Shown one piece after another: positions 50,220-58,310 of a DNA stretch of 58,310 nucleotides. The position numbers and the translations under genes were made by a program. The stretch lies in NCBI GenBank assembly GCA_027340655.1, contig DAHWQR010000003.1:1-58310 (forward strand), read 5' to 3'. Source of the DNA: Candidatus Saccharimonadota bacterium (lineage in GTDB: Bacteria > Patescibacteriota > Saccharimonadia > Saccharimonadales > UBA4665). The notes under the pieces are model-generated. The model ran no database searches and was not told the DNA's origin. It worked only from the letters and a program-made list of their open reading frames with translations. The first letter of the stretch is position 1; each line of letters begins with the position of its first letter.

Positions 50220-51647
50220 ATGGAAGTGAACCCAATATTCCCTAGTCCTGAAGACGATGATGAGTCGAGTGATAGCCAGGAAAAAAAGGTTAAGAAAAAA
50301 ATACCTTCGCTGGCCGAGTTCCTATTAAAAGAGAAGGAAGATCAGACCAAAGAAAAAACTGGCCTGGATATTGCCCAAGCATTGTTTGAAGATCCAAAGT
50401 CTAAGGATGAGGCCGAAACTGATCAATCTGTAATTGAGCTAGAGGATCAGCAAGCAGTGGAGCTTCAGGCCCAATCTGAAACAGAACCGGTTGCGCTGAG
50501 CCCAGAAGAGGTCAGCAGTATTAACCAGGCACTGGCCGAAGAGCATTTACAAAATCCGGTAACTGAAGATCCGCCCCTGCCGCCCGTAAACGAATTTCTG
50601 GAATTGGTGGTTAGTGGTGTCGAGCCGGAAACCGCCTACACGGCTACCAAAATTGCCCATCAGCTGGACGACGGCCAGATTGAACAATTGCCAACTCAAG
50701 ACAATCGTCCGGCCATTCGGATTTCCGAGGCCGCACCAATAACGCTCGTCAACCAGGAACCGGCTGAGACCTATAGGCCTCAAGCTTCATTTAGCGGAAG
50801 CGCTAAAAAAGAAGTACCTCCCTATAAAAGGACCGGCTCAAAAGTAGTCCCTAAATTAGCTTCGAGTATTATTAAGCAGCGTCAGACTAACTCTAAAAAG
50901 CAGCTTTCGGTCGTTAAGGTGGCGGCCAAAGAAAAACAGCTTGAGGGCGAAGTGTCCGGTCTGGAAGCTAAACTCACGACTCAAGAAGTAACTTTGCAAC
51001 AGCTCAGCCGCCAGAAAGAAATTTATAGCAACGCCAATGTTACGAATAGGCCTTTTGAGCGCGTGCAGCCCGGTCGCAGTGAAAGCCGGCTGGAGGCTAT
51101 TAAGCCGGAACGAGCCGGACATATCGGGAAAGTCGTAGTCGGTAAGGAAAGAACCGTTGCCGAGCGCCGTGAACCGACCGTAATTACTAACCCCGAGCAG
51201 ATTAAAAGCTTGCGCCGGAATGAACTTCTGGAGCTCAGCAACAATGTACGTGTTGACGGGGCATCGCTTAAGCACATGTTCGAAAACAACCTATTTGACG
51301 AAACCGCCCTGCGGCGTTTGGTCGAGGCTCACTATAAGGGGTTAAATATCCTGCCTCAATTAAGACGGGAGATTTTAGACCGCCAGAACTATTTTGAACA
51401 AGACCCGCGCCTACGTAACCAATCTCTTAGTTCGCGCCAGGCTAGCGACGAACTGCTTAACCAGATATTAGCTTCCACTAATAAGCAGCCACTAGTAGAT
51501 AAACCTCAAGCAGCCCCGCTAATGAGCAGCGCTCCATTGGCGCCTGTGGCGACTCCGAAATCTTTCGGCCCGTCGCTAGCTAATGCCATCTTAGCGGTTA
51601 TTATTGTGCTGTTAGTTGGTTTGATTGCCTATTTTGCCTTGCGCTAG
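50220..51647 (+). CDS. Hypothetical protein with an acidic N-terminus and C-terminal TM anchor
   Basis: 475-aa ORF ending in AILAVIIVLLVGLIAYFALR. Confidence 0.75.
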   Translation: MEVNPIFPSPEDDDESSDSQEKKVKKKIPSLAEFLLKEKEDQTKEKTGLDIAQALFEDPKSKDEAETDQSVIELEDQQAVELQAQSETEPVALSPEEVSSINQALAEEHLQNPVTEDPPLPPVNEFLELVVSGVEPETAYTATKIAHQLDDGQIEQLPTQDNRPAIRISEAAPITLVNQEPAETYRPQASFSGSAKKEVPPYKRTGSKVVPKLASSIIKQRQTNSKKQLSVVKVAAKEKQLEGEVSGLEAKLTTQEVTLQQLSRQKEIYSNANVTNRPFERVQPGRSESRLEAIKPERAGHIGKVVVGKERTVAERREPTVITNPEQIKSLRRNELLELSNNVRVDGASLKHMFENNLFDETALRRLVEAHYKGLNILPQLRREILDRQNYFEQDPRLRNQSLSSRQASDELLNQILASTNKQPLVDKPQAAPLMSSAPLAPVATPKSFGPSLANAILAVIIVLLVGLIAYFALR

Positions 51648-51686
51648 ATAGGTCTGGCTTTTTATTGTGAAGTACAATACCCTTAT

Positions 51687-53204
51687 ATGTTGAGTCAAAA
51701 GTTAGAGCAGAAACTCTCAGCTCTGCCTTCCAGTCCGGGCGTCTATTTCTACAGGGATAAAGCAGGCGAGATTATCTATATCGGCAAAGCCTCGGTACTT
51801 AAAAATAGAGTTCGGCAGTATTTCCAAAAGAGCCGTTACCGCGACCCGAAAACTGACGCCCTAGTCAGGGAAATTGCCGATATTGAATGGATGGTCGTGG
51901 ATAGCGAGCTGGACGCTTTGTTTCTTGAAGCCGAGCAGATTAGACGCTACCTGCCGCGCTATAACATTTTGCTAAGAGATGACAAATCCCTGGTTTACGT
52001 GCGTATTGATTATGACAGCGACTATCCGACAGTCAGTTTTACGCGTCGTCCGCTAGATGACGGGGCGCGCTACTTCGGCCCCTATACTTCAATCGCCGCA
52101 ATTCGCCAAGCCCTAAAATTGTTGCGACGGGTTTTCCCCTATGCCACCAAGCGCCAGCCGAACCAGAAGCGAGCGACCTTAAGTTATCATTTGGGACTTG
52201 ATCCGGGACTCGAGGAAGGGCGTACCTCACTAAACGACTACCGGACAAACCTAAGGCGCTTAATGGAATATATTAGCGGCAAACGGGCAACCTTAATACT
52301 TGAACTGGAGCGTGAGATGAAGCAGGCTGCAGCCAAACGAGACTTTGAGCAGGCCGCCCGCAAGCGCGACCAAATCGAAAGCCTGAAGCGGCTTAGCCAA
52401 CAAATAGTCTTTTCCGACAAGGAGTTCCTAGATATTAGTAAGGATCAGGCCCTAAACGAACTGGTAGAACTACTGAGTCTGAAGGCCTACCCGCGCCGAA
52501 TTGAAGGCTACGATATTAGCCACATGCAGGGAACGGACGTGGTCGCTTCAATGGTGGTATTTACGAACGGAGTAAGCAATAAGACCAGCTACCGGAAGTT
52601 TAAAACCAAGTACGACATTAATAACGATTTTTATAACATGCACGAAACCATCGCTCGCCGTTTTAGCCAGAAAAACCTTGTTAGCTGGGGGGTACCGGAC
52701 CTAGTGCTAATCGATGGCGGTAAGGGCCAGCTGGAAGCGGCATTAGATGCCCGGGACGAGGCCAAAACCGCAAGCCAGGTAGTATTTATTGGTCTCGCGA
52801 AACGCGAAGAACAAATTGTCATTGACGTTAACCGCAGCAAGGTTAAACTAAACTACCAGCTGCTGGATAAATTACACGGGCACGCTGTTTTTTCCGGTCA
52901 ATTTGTGATGCTCAGCTTACCCCATAGCACGAACATTACTAAATTACTTCAAAGGGTGCGCGATGAAAGTCACCGTTTCGCAGTTAGCTACCACTCGAGC
53001 CTAAAGATTAAACGGGTTAGCGGTTCGACGCTTGAGTCGATTCCAGGCATCGGTCCTTCCAGTGCCAAAAAGCTACTCCGGCATTTCGGTTCTCTAAAAG
53101 CGGTAACTATGGCCAGTGAAAATGAACTATCTAAAGTGCTCGGTCCCAAAAAAGCCAATATTGTTCAAGAATATCTCAGTAAAAGCTCTAGTCTGCTAAG
53201 CTAG
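51687..53204 (+). CDS. uvrC: Excinuclease ABC subunit C
   Basis: PGVY, IYIGKA..L.NRV, FE.AAR.RD, IEGYDISH, DGGKGQ and RDESHRFA motifs; C-terminal HhH. Confidence 0.96.
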   Translation: MLSQKLEQKLSALPSSPGVYFYRDKAGEIIYIGKASVLKNRVRQYFQKSRYRDPKTDALVREIADIEWMVVDSELDALFLEAEQIRRYLPRYNILLRDDKSLVYVRIDYDSDYPTVSFTRRPLDDGARYFGPYTSIAAIRQALKLLRRVFPYATKRQPNQKRATLSYHLGLDPGLEEGRTSLNDYRTNLRRLMEYISGKRATLILELEREMKQAAAKRDFEQAARKRDQIESLKRLSQQIVFSDKEFLDISKDQALNELVELLSLKAYPRRIEGYDISHMQGTDVVASMVVFTNGVSNKTSYRKFKTKYDINNDFYNMHETIARRFSQKNLVSWGVPDLVLIDGGKGQLEAALDARDEAKTASQVVFIGLAKREEQIVIDVNRSKVKLNYQLLDKLHGHAVFSGQFVMLSLPHSTNITKLLQRVRDESHRFAVSYHSSLKIKRVSGSTLESIPGIGPSSAKKLLRHFGSLKAVTMASENELSKVLGPKKANIVQEYLSKSSSLLS

Positions 53205-53227
53205 AAGGTGAATGTGTGAGCGAAAGT

Positions 53228-54460
53228 ATGTCTAAACTAAAGTTTGATGCCGAATTTTTTAAGGCCAACCGTCAGCGCCTGATTGCTCAGCTACCTGCGG
53301 ACTTGCCAATAGCCGTTACCGCCAACGGTCTGCTGCAGCGTGGAGCCGATACCACCTATCCCTTTACTCAAGACGCCAACTTTTGGTATCTGACCGGAAT
53401 CAATGACCCGGACATTACTCTAGTGATTGATCAGCAACGGGAGTTTCTAATTGTGCCAATCCGTGAAGGCTCACGGGTAACCTTTGATGGACAAATAGAT
53501 AAGCGTTTGCTCGCTAAAACCTCCGGCGTGAGTGACATTATTAACGAAGCCAGCGGTTGGAGGCGACTTGACGGCTTGCTGGCACGTACCAAACAAGTAG
53601 CAACCCTAGCTCCGGCTCCGTCTTTCATTGAACAGTATGGGCTGTATGCTAATCCTGCCCGCTCGCGTTTCGTGGATCGCCTAAAGCAACATGCCGGAGA
53701 AGAGTTAAGGCTAATAGATATCCGTGCTCAGCTGGCATCTCTAAGGGTTGTTAAGCAGCCGGTTGAGCTTGAAGCGATTAAGCAGGCAATAGATATTACG
53801 CTCGGCACCCTAAAGGAAGTCTTAGCGAAACCTTACGGCACGTATAAATACGAGTATCAGGTGGAAGCGGATATTAGCCGCGGTTTTCGTTTCCGTGGAG
53901 CCAGAGGCCATGCCTTTGAACCGATTGTCGCTGGCGGCTCTCGAGCTTGTACGATGCACTACATTAGCAACTCCACGCGCCTTAAGAACGGCGAAATCGT
54001 TATTTGCGATGTCGGGGCTGAAGTTAGCGGTTACGCAGCCGACATCACGAGAATGCTAAAAACTGCCAAACCAACCAAGCGCCAGGAAGATGTTTTTAAT
54101 GCCGTCAAGGAAACCCAGGACTATGCGCTAAGCTTACTTGGCCCGGGGGTATATCTTCGGGGATACGAGGCGAAAGTCGCCAAATTCGCTGGCCTAAAGT
54201 TAAAGCAACTAGGTGTCACAAAAGACCTTAGGCAGGAGACTATTAGGGAATATTTCCCGCACGCCGCATCGCATTTTTTGGGCCTGAACGTGCATGACGT
54301 TGGCGACTACACTAAGCCGCTGCAGCCGGGCAGCGTCATTACCTTGGAGCCGGGTATTTACCTGCCGGAGGAGGGAATTGGGGTGCGAATCGAAGATGAC
54401 ATTCTAATTACCGCCAAAGGAACTGAAGTATTGAGTTCCAAGCTGCCAGCCAAGCTTTAG
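53228..54460 (+). CDS. pepP: Xaa-Pro aminopeptidase (M24)
   Basis: FWYLTG, DVGAE..GYAADITR, H..SHFLGL.VHD, TLEPGIY and GVRIEDD motifs. Confidence 0.92.
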   Translation: MSKLKFDAEFFKANRQRLIAQLPADLPIAVTANGLLQRGADTTYPFTQDANFWYLTGINDPDITLVIDQQREFLIVPIREGSRVTFDGQIDKRLLAKTSGVSDIINEASGWRRLDGLLARTKQVATLAPAPSFIEQYGLYANPARSRFVDRLKQHAGEELRLIDIRAQLASLRVVKQPVELEAIKQAIDITLGTLKEVLAKPYGTYKYEYQVEADISRGFRFRGARGHAFEPIVAGGSRACTMHYISNSTRLKNGEIVICDVGAEVSGYAADITRMLKTAKPTKRQEDVFNAVKETQDYALSLLGPGVYLRGYEAKVAKFAGLKLKQLGVTKDLRQETIREYFPHAASHFLGLNVHDVGDYTKPLQPGSVITLEPGIYLPEEGIGVRIEDDILITAKGTEVLSSKLPAKL

Positions 54461-54554
54461 ATTTGAACTAACTGCTAAGGATTTGCGGAGTTAACAATTA
54501 TCCTGCTAAACTAATAATTAATAAAGCCATTAAGGTAAGAGAGTTAGATATTCT

Positions 54555-54767
54555 ATGAACATATATGACTACATAGCTTTCGGTTCTATGCTGCTCATGG
54601 TACTGCTCATTTTGGTGCAAACCCGCGGTGCCTCCTTAGGTGCCGGATTGGGCGGAGCAGGTGATGTTAACACCACCAGGCGGGGTACCGAAAAGACAAT
54701 TTTTCAGCTAACAATTATCTCGGCCATTATCTTTTCGCTTTCTTTATTGTTTAGCGCCATAGGTTAA
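54555..54767 (+). CDS. secG: Preprotein translocase SecG
   Basis: LILVQ.RGASLGAGLGG...TRRG.EK between two TM helices. Confidence 0.92.
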   Translation: MNIYDYIAFGSMLLMVLLILVQTRGASLGAGLGGAGDVNTTRRGTEKTIFQLTIISAIIFSLSLLFSAIG

Positions 54768-54789
54768 GCCAAGACGCGCATTTAAAATT

Positions 54790-56568
54790 ATGCGTAACCA
54801 AAAGATGCGCCGGGTCATACTCAGGCGCCGTGTGCAAGCTCTTGATCTGTCAAAACAGGCAAGCCGCTCGATTGAGAAAAACCTCTACAGCCGTGTCGGG
54901 CACTTAGTGGCAGTCCGCCGTTTCGTTAGCGTCTGGCTTTTATTTTGGCTATTGCTCGGGCTAGCCAGTGTCTGGCAAATTATTTCTTTGAACCACTATT
55001 TCCAAACCGTTCAACCGGTACCTGGCGGCATCTATAACGAGGGAATCCTTGGCGGGCTGACAAATGTCAACCCAATATATGCTACCGGAGAGGTGGATAC
55101 CAGCCTGTCGCAACTTATTTTTGCCGGTCTTTTGGGATATAACTCCAACAACCAGTTGGTGGACGTTTTGGCTAGCGGCTATAGCGTTGACTCGGCCGGA
55201 ACCTTATACACCGTAACCCTGCGGCCAAACTTGAAATGGCAGGATGGACAGCCACTGACAGCCGCAGATGTTGTTTTTACTATCGATATGATCCAAAACT
55301 CCAACGCCCAGTCACCGCTTTTCTCTAGCTGGCAAGACATTAGTGTCAGCGCCCCGAATCCCCTAACAGTTCAGTTTAAGCTACCGAACCCGCTAGCCTC
55401 ATTTCCCTACAATTTGACTGTAGGCATAATTCCCAAGCACTTGCTAGGCAATGTTGACCCCGCTAACTTGCGCTCGGCCTCCTTTAATACCAATAATCCG
55501 GTTGGCGCCGGCCCCTTTAGCTGGCACGCTCTTGAAGTTAGTGGCAATACGCCCCAAAACGCCATCGAACAAATTGCCCTGCTGCCGTTTAGCCACTACG
55601 TTCTCGGCAAGCCTAAATTAAGCGAATTTATTATGCATGCCTATGCCAGTCAAAACCAACTTTTGGCAGCTTTTCAGTCAGGGCAACTAAACGGTCTGGC
55701 CGGATTAAACAGTGTGCCTAATACGATTAAAACTATGCCCGGGGTCGAAGTTCACAGTTTAATATTGACAGCTGGAAGCTATGTTTTCTTTAAAACGCAA
55801 GGTAGTATTTTAAGTGACTCAAATATTCGCAAGGCTTTGGTTATGGGGTCTGACCCCCAAGCCGTGATCAACAAGCTCGGTTACCAGACGTATCCGGTAA
55901 CCGAACCATTGCTACAGGGGCAATTGGCCTTTAACCCGAAATATGCCGAGGCCACAAATCAGGTAGCCCAGGCTCAGGCCCTACTAAACTCTGATGGTTG
56001 GGTACTAGCTAAAGACGGCTACCGCTACAAAGCCGGGCAACAGCTTAGCTTTAATCTAGTTACTACCGATACCCCTGAGAACCGGCTGGTTGTTGGCATC
56101 CTTGCTAAGCAATGGCGGACGCTAGGAGTGAACTTAATGCCAATCTTCGAAAGCCCGGATACTTATGCAATTAGCTTAGCTGATCATAACTACGACTCCA
56201 CCTTGGATGGGATCTCCATAGGCAACGACCCGGATGTCTTCGTCTACTGGGATAAGTCTCAGTATGATCCGCGCTCCAGCAACCTTAATCTGTCAGAGTA
56301 TGACAGCAATACGGCAAGTATCGCTCTTGAGGATGCCAGGACACGTTTAGACCCCGCTCTAAGAGTAATTAAGTACGAGCCATTTTTGGCCGCCTGGCAG
56401 AAGGACGCGCCGGCTCTCGGCCTTTACCAACCTAGAGAGATATATATTACTAACGGTAACGTCTATGGTCTTGGCAGCGCGCAGATTAATGCCCAGCAAA
56501 ACCGCTTCAATAATGTTACAAACTGGGAAATCTTAACTACCGGCGTAACTGATCCCCGCCAAACTTGA
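54790..56568 (+). CDS. Peptide ABC transporter substrate-binding protein (OppA/family 5) with an N-terminal TM anchor
   Basis: LIFAGL, KWQDGQPLTAADVVFT, IIPKH, PVGAGPF and RKAL motifs. Confidence 0.88.
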   Translation: MRNQKMRRVILRRRVQALDLSKQASRSIEKNLYSRVGHLVAVRRFVSVWLLFWLLLGLASVWQIISLNHYFQTVQPVPGGIYNEGILGGLTNVNPIYATGEVDTSLSQLIFAGLLGYNSNNQLVDVLASGYSVDSAGTLYTVTLRPNLKWQDGQPLTAADVVFTIDMIQNSNAQSPLFSSWQDISVSAPNPLTVQFKLPNPLASFPYNLTVGIIPKHLLGNVDPANLRSASFNTNNPVGAGPFSWHALEVSGNTPQNAIEQIALLPFSHYVLGKPKLSEFIMHAYASQNQLLAAFQSGQLNGLAGLNSVPNTIKTMPGVEVHSLILTAGSYVFFKTQGSILSDSNIRKALVMGSDPQAVINKLGYQTYPVTEPLLQGQLAFNPKYAEATNQVAQAQALLNSDGWVLAKDGYRYKAGQQLSFNLVTTDTPENRLVVGILAKQWRTLGVNLMPIFESPDTYAISLADHNYDSTLDGISIGNDPDVFVYWDKSQYDPRSSNLNLSEYDSNTASIALEDARTRLDPALRVIKYEPFLAAWQKDAPALGLYQPREIYITNGNVYGLGSAQINAQQNRFNNVTNWEILTTGVTDPRQT

Positions 56569-56569
56569 G

Positions 56570-57890
56570 CGCGTTAGATATTAAGTAAGTGTTACCAAAA
56601 GGTACTGTTTAAGCATGAGCTTTTCTAATAGTGGTAACCAAGTTCTCGCTGAGTCCTTTCCAACTTACTTGTTAATATATGGATTTTATCACGTAAAACT
56701 TTAGGATTTAGGCTTTCGTATTGCTCTGTCAGCTTATCTTTAACTGACTTATCAATGTCATTTCTATCCAGCACTCGTTTATACGGTGTTTTTACGCCGT
56801 CATAAACTCTCCGGTAGCTTTTCTGAACCTGTTTTTGGCCATCATCTTTAGTGACAACCTTACGCTTCTCAATTAACTTGAAGGTTGGCTGGAAGAAATT
56901 AATATATAGTCTTAGTGTCGCGTACAGGCCATTCATAGCTTCAACCGCTTCCTTGCAATCATATCTCTCATAGCCGACATATTTACGGACTACGACTAAG
57001 TTACGTTGCTCCACGAAACAGTTGTCGTTTTTCTTGTTAGGCCTAGATCTGCTTGATTCAATACCATTGTCCTCAAACCAGGGCAAGGCCAGTTCGTTAA
57101 TGAACTCGGAGCCGCTATCTGGGTGAACGCCCAGCCATGGGAACGGCAGTCTATCTTTAATAGTCTCCATGCTGGCTAGCGTAGCCCGGCTACTCTTGTT
57201 CAGCTGAGCCACCGGTTCCTGCCAATAAGTAGCAACATCGACATAATTAACCGTGTAGGCCATGGTGCCCATCAGTTTCGGCCCACTATGGACAACAGTA
57301 TCTATCTGGCCGTTACCAGCTGCTTTCTTATCCCAGGAACCAAAGAAGACCGGCACGCTCTTAAGCAATTCACTAGATTTGGTAGTGCTCTGTCCTCTAA
57401 GCAAACCTTTCTTTTTAGCCATAACCGTAGTGCGCTGCTTCATAGCTCCCAGGCTCATATTCCACAGTTGTTCGGTAGCTTCCTCAGAGTAATTCCACAT
57501 CTTATCCCTAATGAAGATCCTAATAGCTTCAGGGATCTCGTCGTGCAATCTCTCAGCGCAGGGATAGTCGTACTGCTCCCAGAGCCAGGCCAGAGCCGCT
57601 TCAGTTTCCCTGGTGTAATATTTCGGCCTACCAAACTTAGGCGGAGCTTTCCACTTAGAGCGTTTTCGCTCACGGGCTAGTGCTCTGATGAGTGATTTCC
57701 TGGGCATCTTAGTAACTGACATGACGTTACATAAAATGGCGCCCTTTTGTTTCTTATCTGCCTTTAGGTAGGCCGGCAGCTGTTCCTTAATTATGGCGTG
57801 TTTCATAGCTCTCTTCATAGTGAGAATTACGGTAACACTATTAGTATCTAACCGGTACTATTTCGGTAACATTACTTTTTATCTAATGCG
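56570..57890 (-). mobile_element. Insertion sequence with imperfect terminal inverted repeats (ISNCY/IS481-like integrase-core type)
   Basis: Left end TTAGATATTAAGTAAGTGTTACC (from 56574) matches the reverse complement of the right end, TTAGATAAAAAGTAATGTTACC (to 57886). It encloses a transposase. Exact ends and a target duplication are not resolved. Confidence 0.75.
56625..57818 (-). CDS. DDE transposase (rve integrase core)
   Basis: GQIDTV (D), HPDSGSEFIN (D), SRP.KKNDN..VEQRN (E), INFFQP and KTPY.R motifs; N-terminal HTH-like region. Confidence 0.9.
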   Translation of the reverse strand: MKRAMKHAIIKEQLPAYLKADKKQKGAILCNVMSVTKMPRKSLIRALARERKRSKWKAPPKFGRPKYYTRETEAALAWLWEQYDYPCAERLHDEIPEAIRIFIRDKMWNYSEEATEQLWNMSLGAMKQRTTVMAKKKGLLRGQSTTKSSELLKSVPVFFGSWDKKAAGNGQIDTVVHSGPKLMGTMAYTVNYVDVATYWQEPVAQLNKSSRATLASMETIKDRLPFPWLGVHPDSGSEFINELALPWFEDNGIESSRSRPNKKNDNCFVEQRNLVVVRKYVGYERYDCKEAVEAMNGLYATLRLYINFFQPTFKLIEKRKVVTKDDGQKQVQKSYRRVYDGVKTPYKRVLDRNDIDKSVKDKLTEQYESLNPKVLRDKIHILTSKLERTQRELGYHY

Positions 57891-57933
57891 ACTATGTTGA
57901 CGAATACCTAACAATGTGTTATATTTGATAGAT

Positions 57934-58310
57934 ATGAAAAGTCCTAATAAATCACCTTCTAGCAAAAACTCATTAAAAACTGCAGTGGCAGTATCAGCTT
58001 TAGCTTTAGCCGGCAGGGGTATTGTAGCCAATGAAGCAAGTGCTGCTACTCGTCCTCAAGCAAATGCAAAGCATGTAGATAAGAAAACACTGTTTAGAGA
58101 CTTAACCAATCTTGTTGTTCGTCTCGATAAGGGCGGTGAGGTTACGGTAACTGCTAAGGAAATCGACATACCTGGCCCAATAGATGAAGCTAAAGGCAGT
58201 CCGATTGTGTTTAAGGCTAATGGTCAAACATATTTTGCCTTTACACAGGATCACACACCCAACTTTAACCAGAAGAGACCAGCAGATGTAGCTCGCGACA
58301 TGGCGGTAGT
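57934..58310 (+). CDS. Secreted hypothetical protein (3' truncated by window edge)
   Basis: Not in the ORF track. MKSPNKSPSSKNSLKTAVAVSALALAGRGIVANEASAA... is open to the window end; TGT-TATATT lies 8 nt before the ATG. Confidence 0.65.
   Translation, partial: MKSPNKSPSSKNSLKTAVAVSALALAGRGIVANEASAATRPQANAKHVDKKTLFRDLTNLVVRLDKGGEVTVTAKEIDIPGPIDEAKGSPIVFKANGQTYFAFTQDHTPNFNQKRPADVARDMAV

Overview
A 58 kb chromosomal window that most likely comes from a Patescibacteria (CPR) genome, probably Candidatus Saccharibacteria/TM7. This is an inference from the C-Ala-less AlaRS, the monoderm-type mini T4SS, a lysM-TM7-like leader RNA, leaderless gene starts and lineage-typical hypothetical proteins. The code is standard (TGA is used as stop). 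The first ~9 kb is a visibly more AT-rich accessory region: a RelE-toxin tail, an orphan type IV pilin-like gene, a GH13 amylase, ExoD, a HAD hydrolase, an ORF split at an A10 tract, and PAP2, DMT and SHOCT proteins. A six-gene VirB2/VirB6/PrgI/VirB4/CHAP cluster follows, with no coupling protein or relaxase. The rest is a long co-directional core tract: pyk-pgk-tpiA, pcrA, rpfB-like, rsmA, ssrA, GGDEF, tRNA-Val, metG, tatD, iscS, a divergent Fo-less F1-like ATPase operon (b-delta-alpha-gamma-beta-epsilon), mnmA, alaS, an ftsA paralogue with a baseplate-J-like membrane protein, ruvX, mltG, a LysM-CHAP hydrolase with a structured leader and probable ATT start, obgE, sbcB, uvrA, rplY, uvrC, pepP, secG and an oppA-like gene. 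The window ends with a DDE insertion sequence and a truncated secreted protein. The best candidates for undescribed biology are the Fo-less F1-like operon, the RNA leader plus ATT start of the LysM-CHAP gene, the FtsA/baseplate-J-like pair and the minimal T4SS with a pilin-VirB6 fusion. All calls come from reading motifs by eye; no searches were run.
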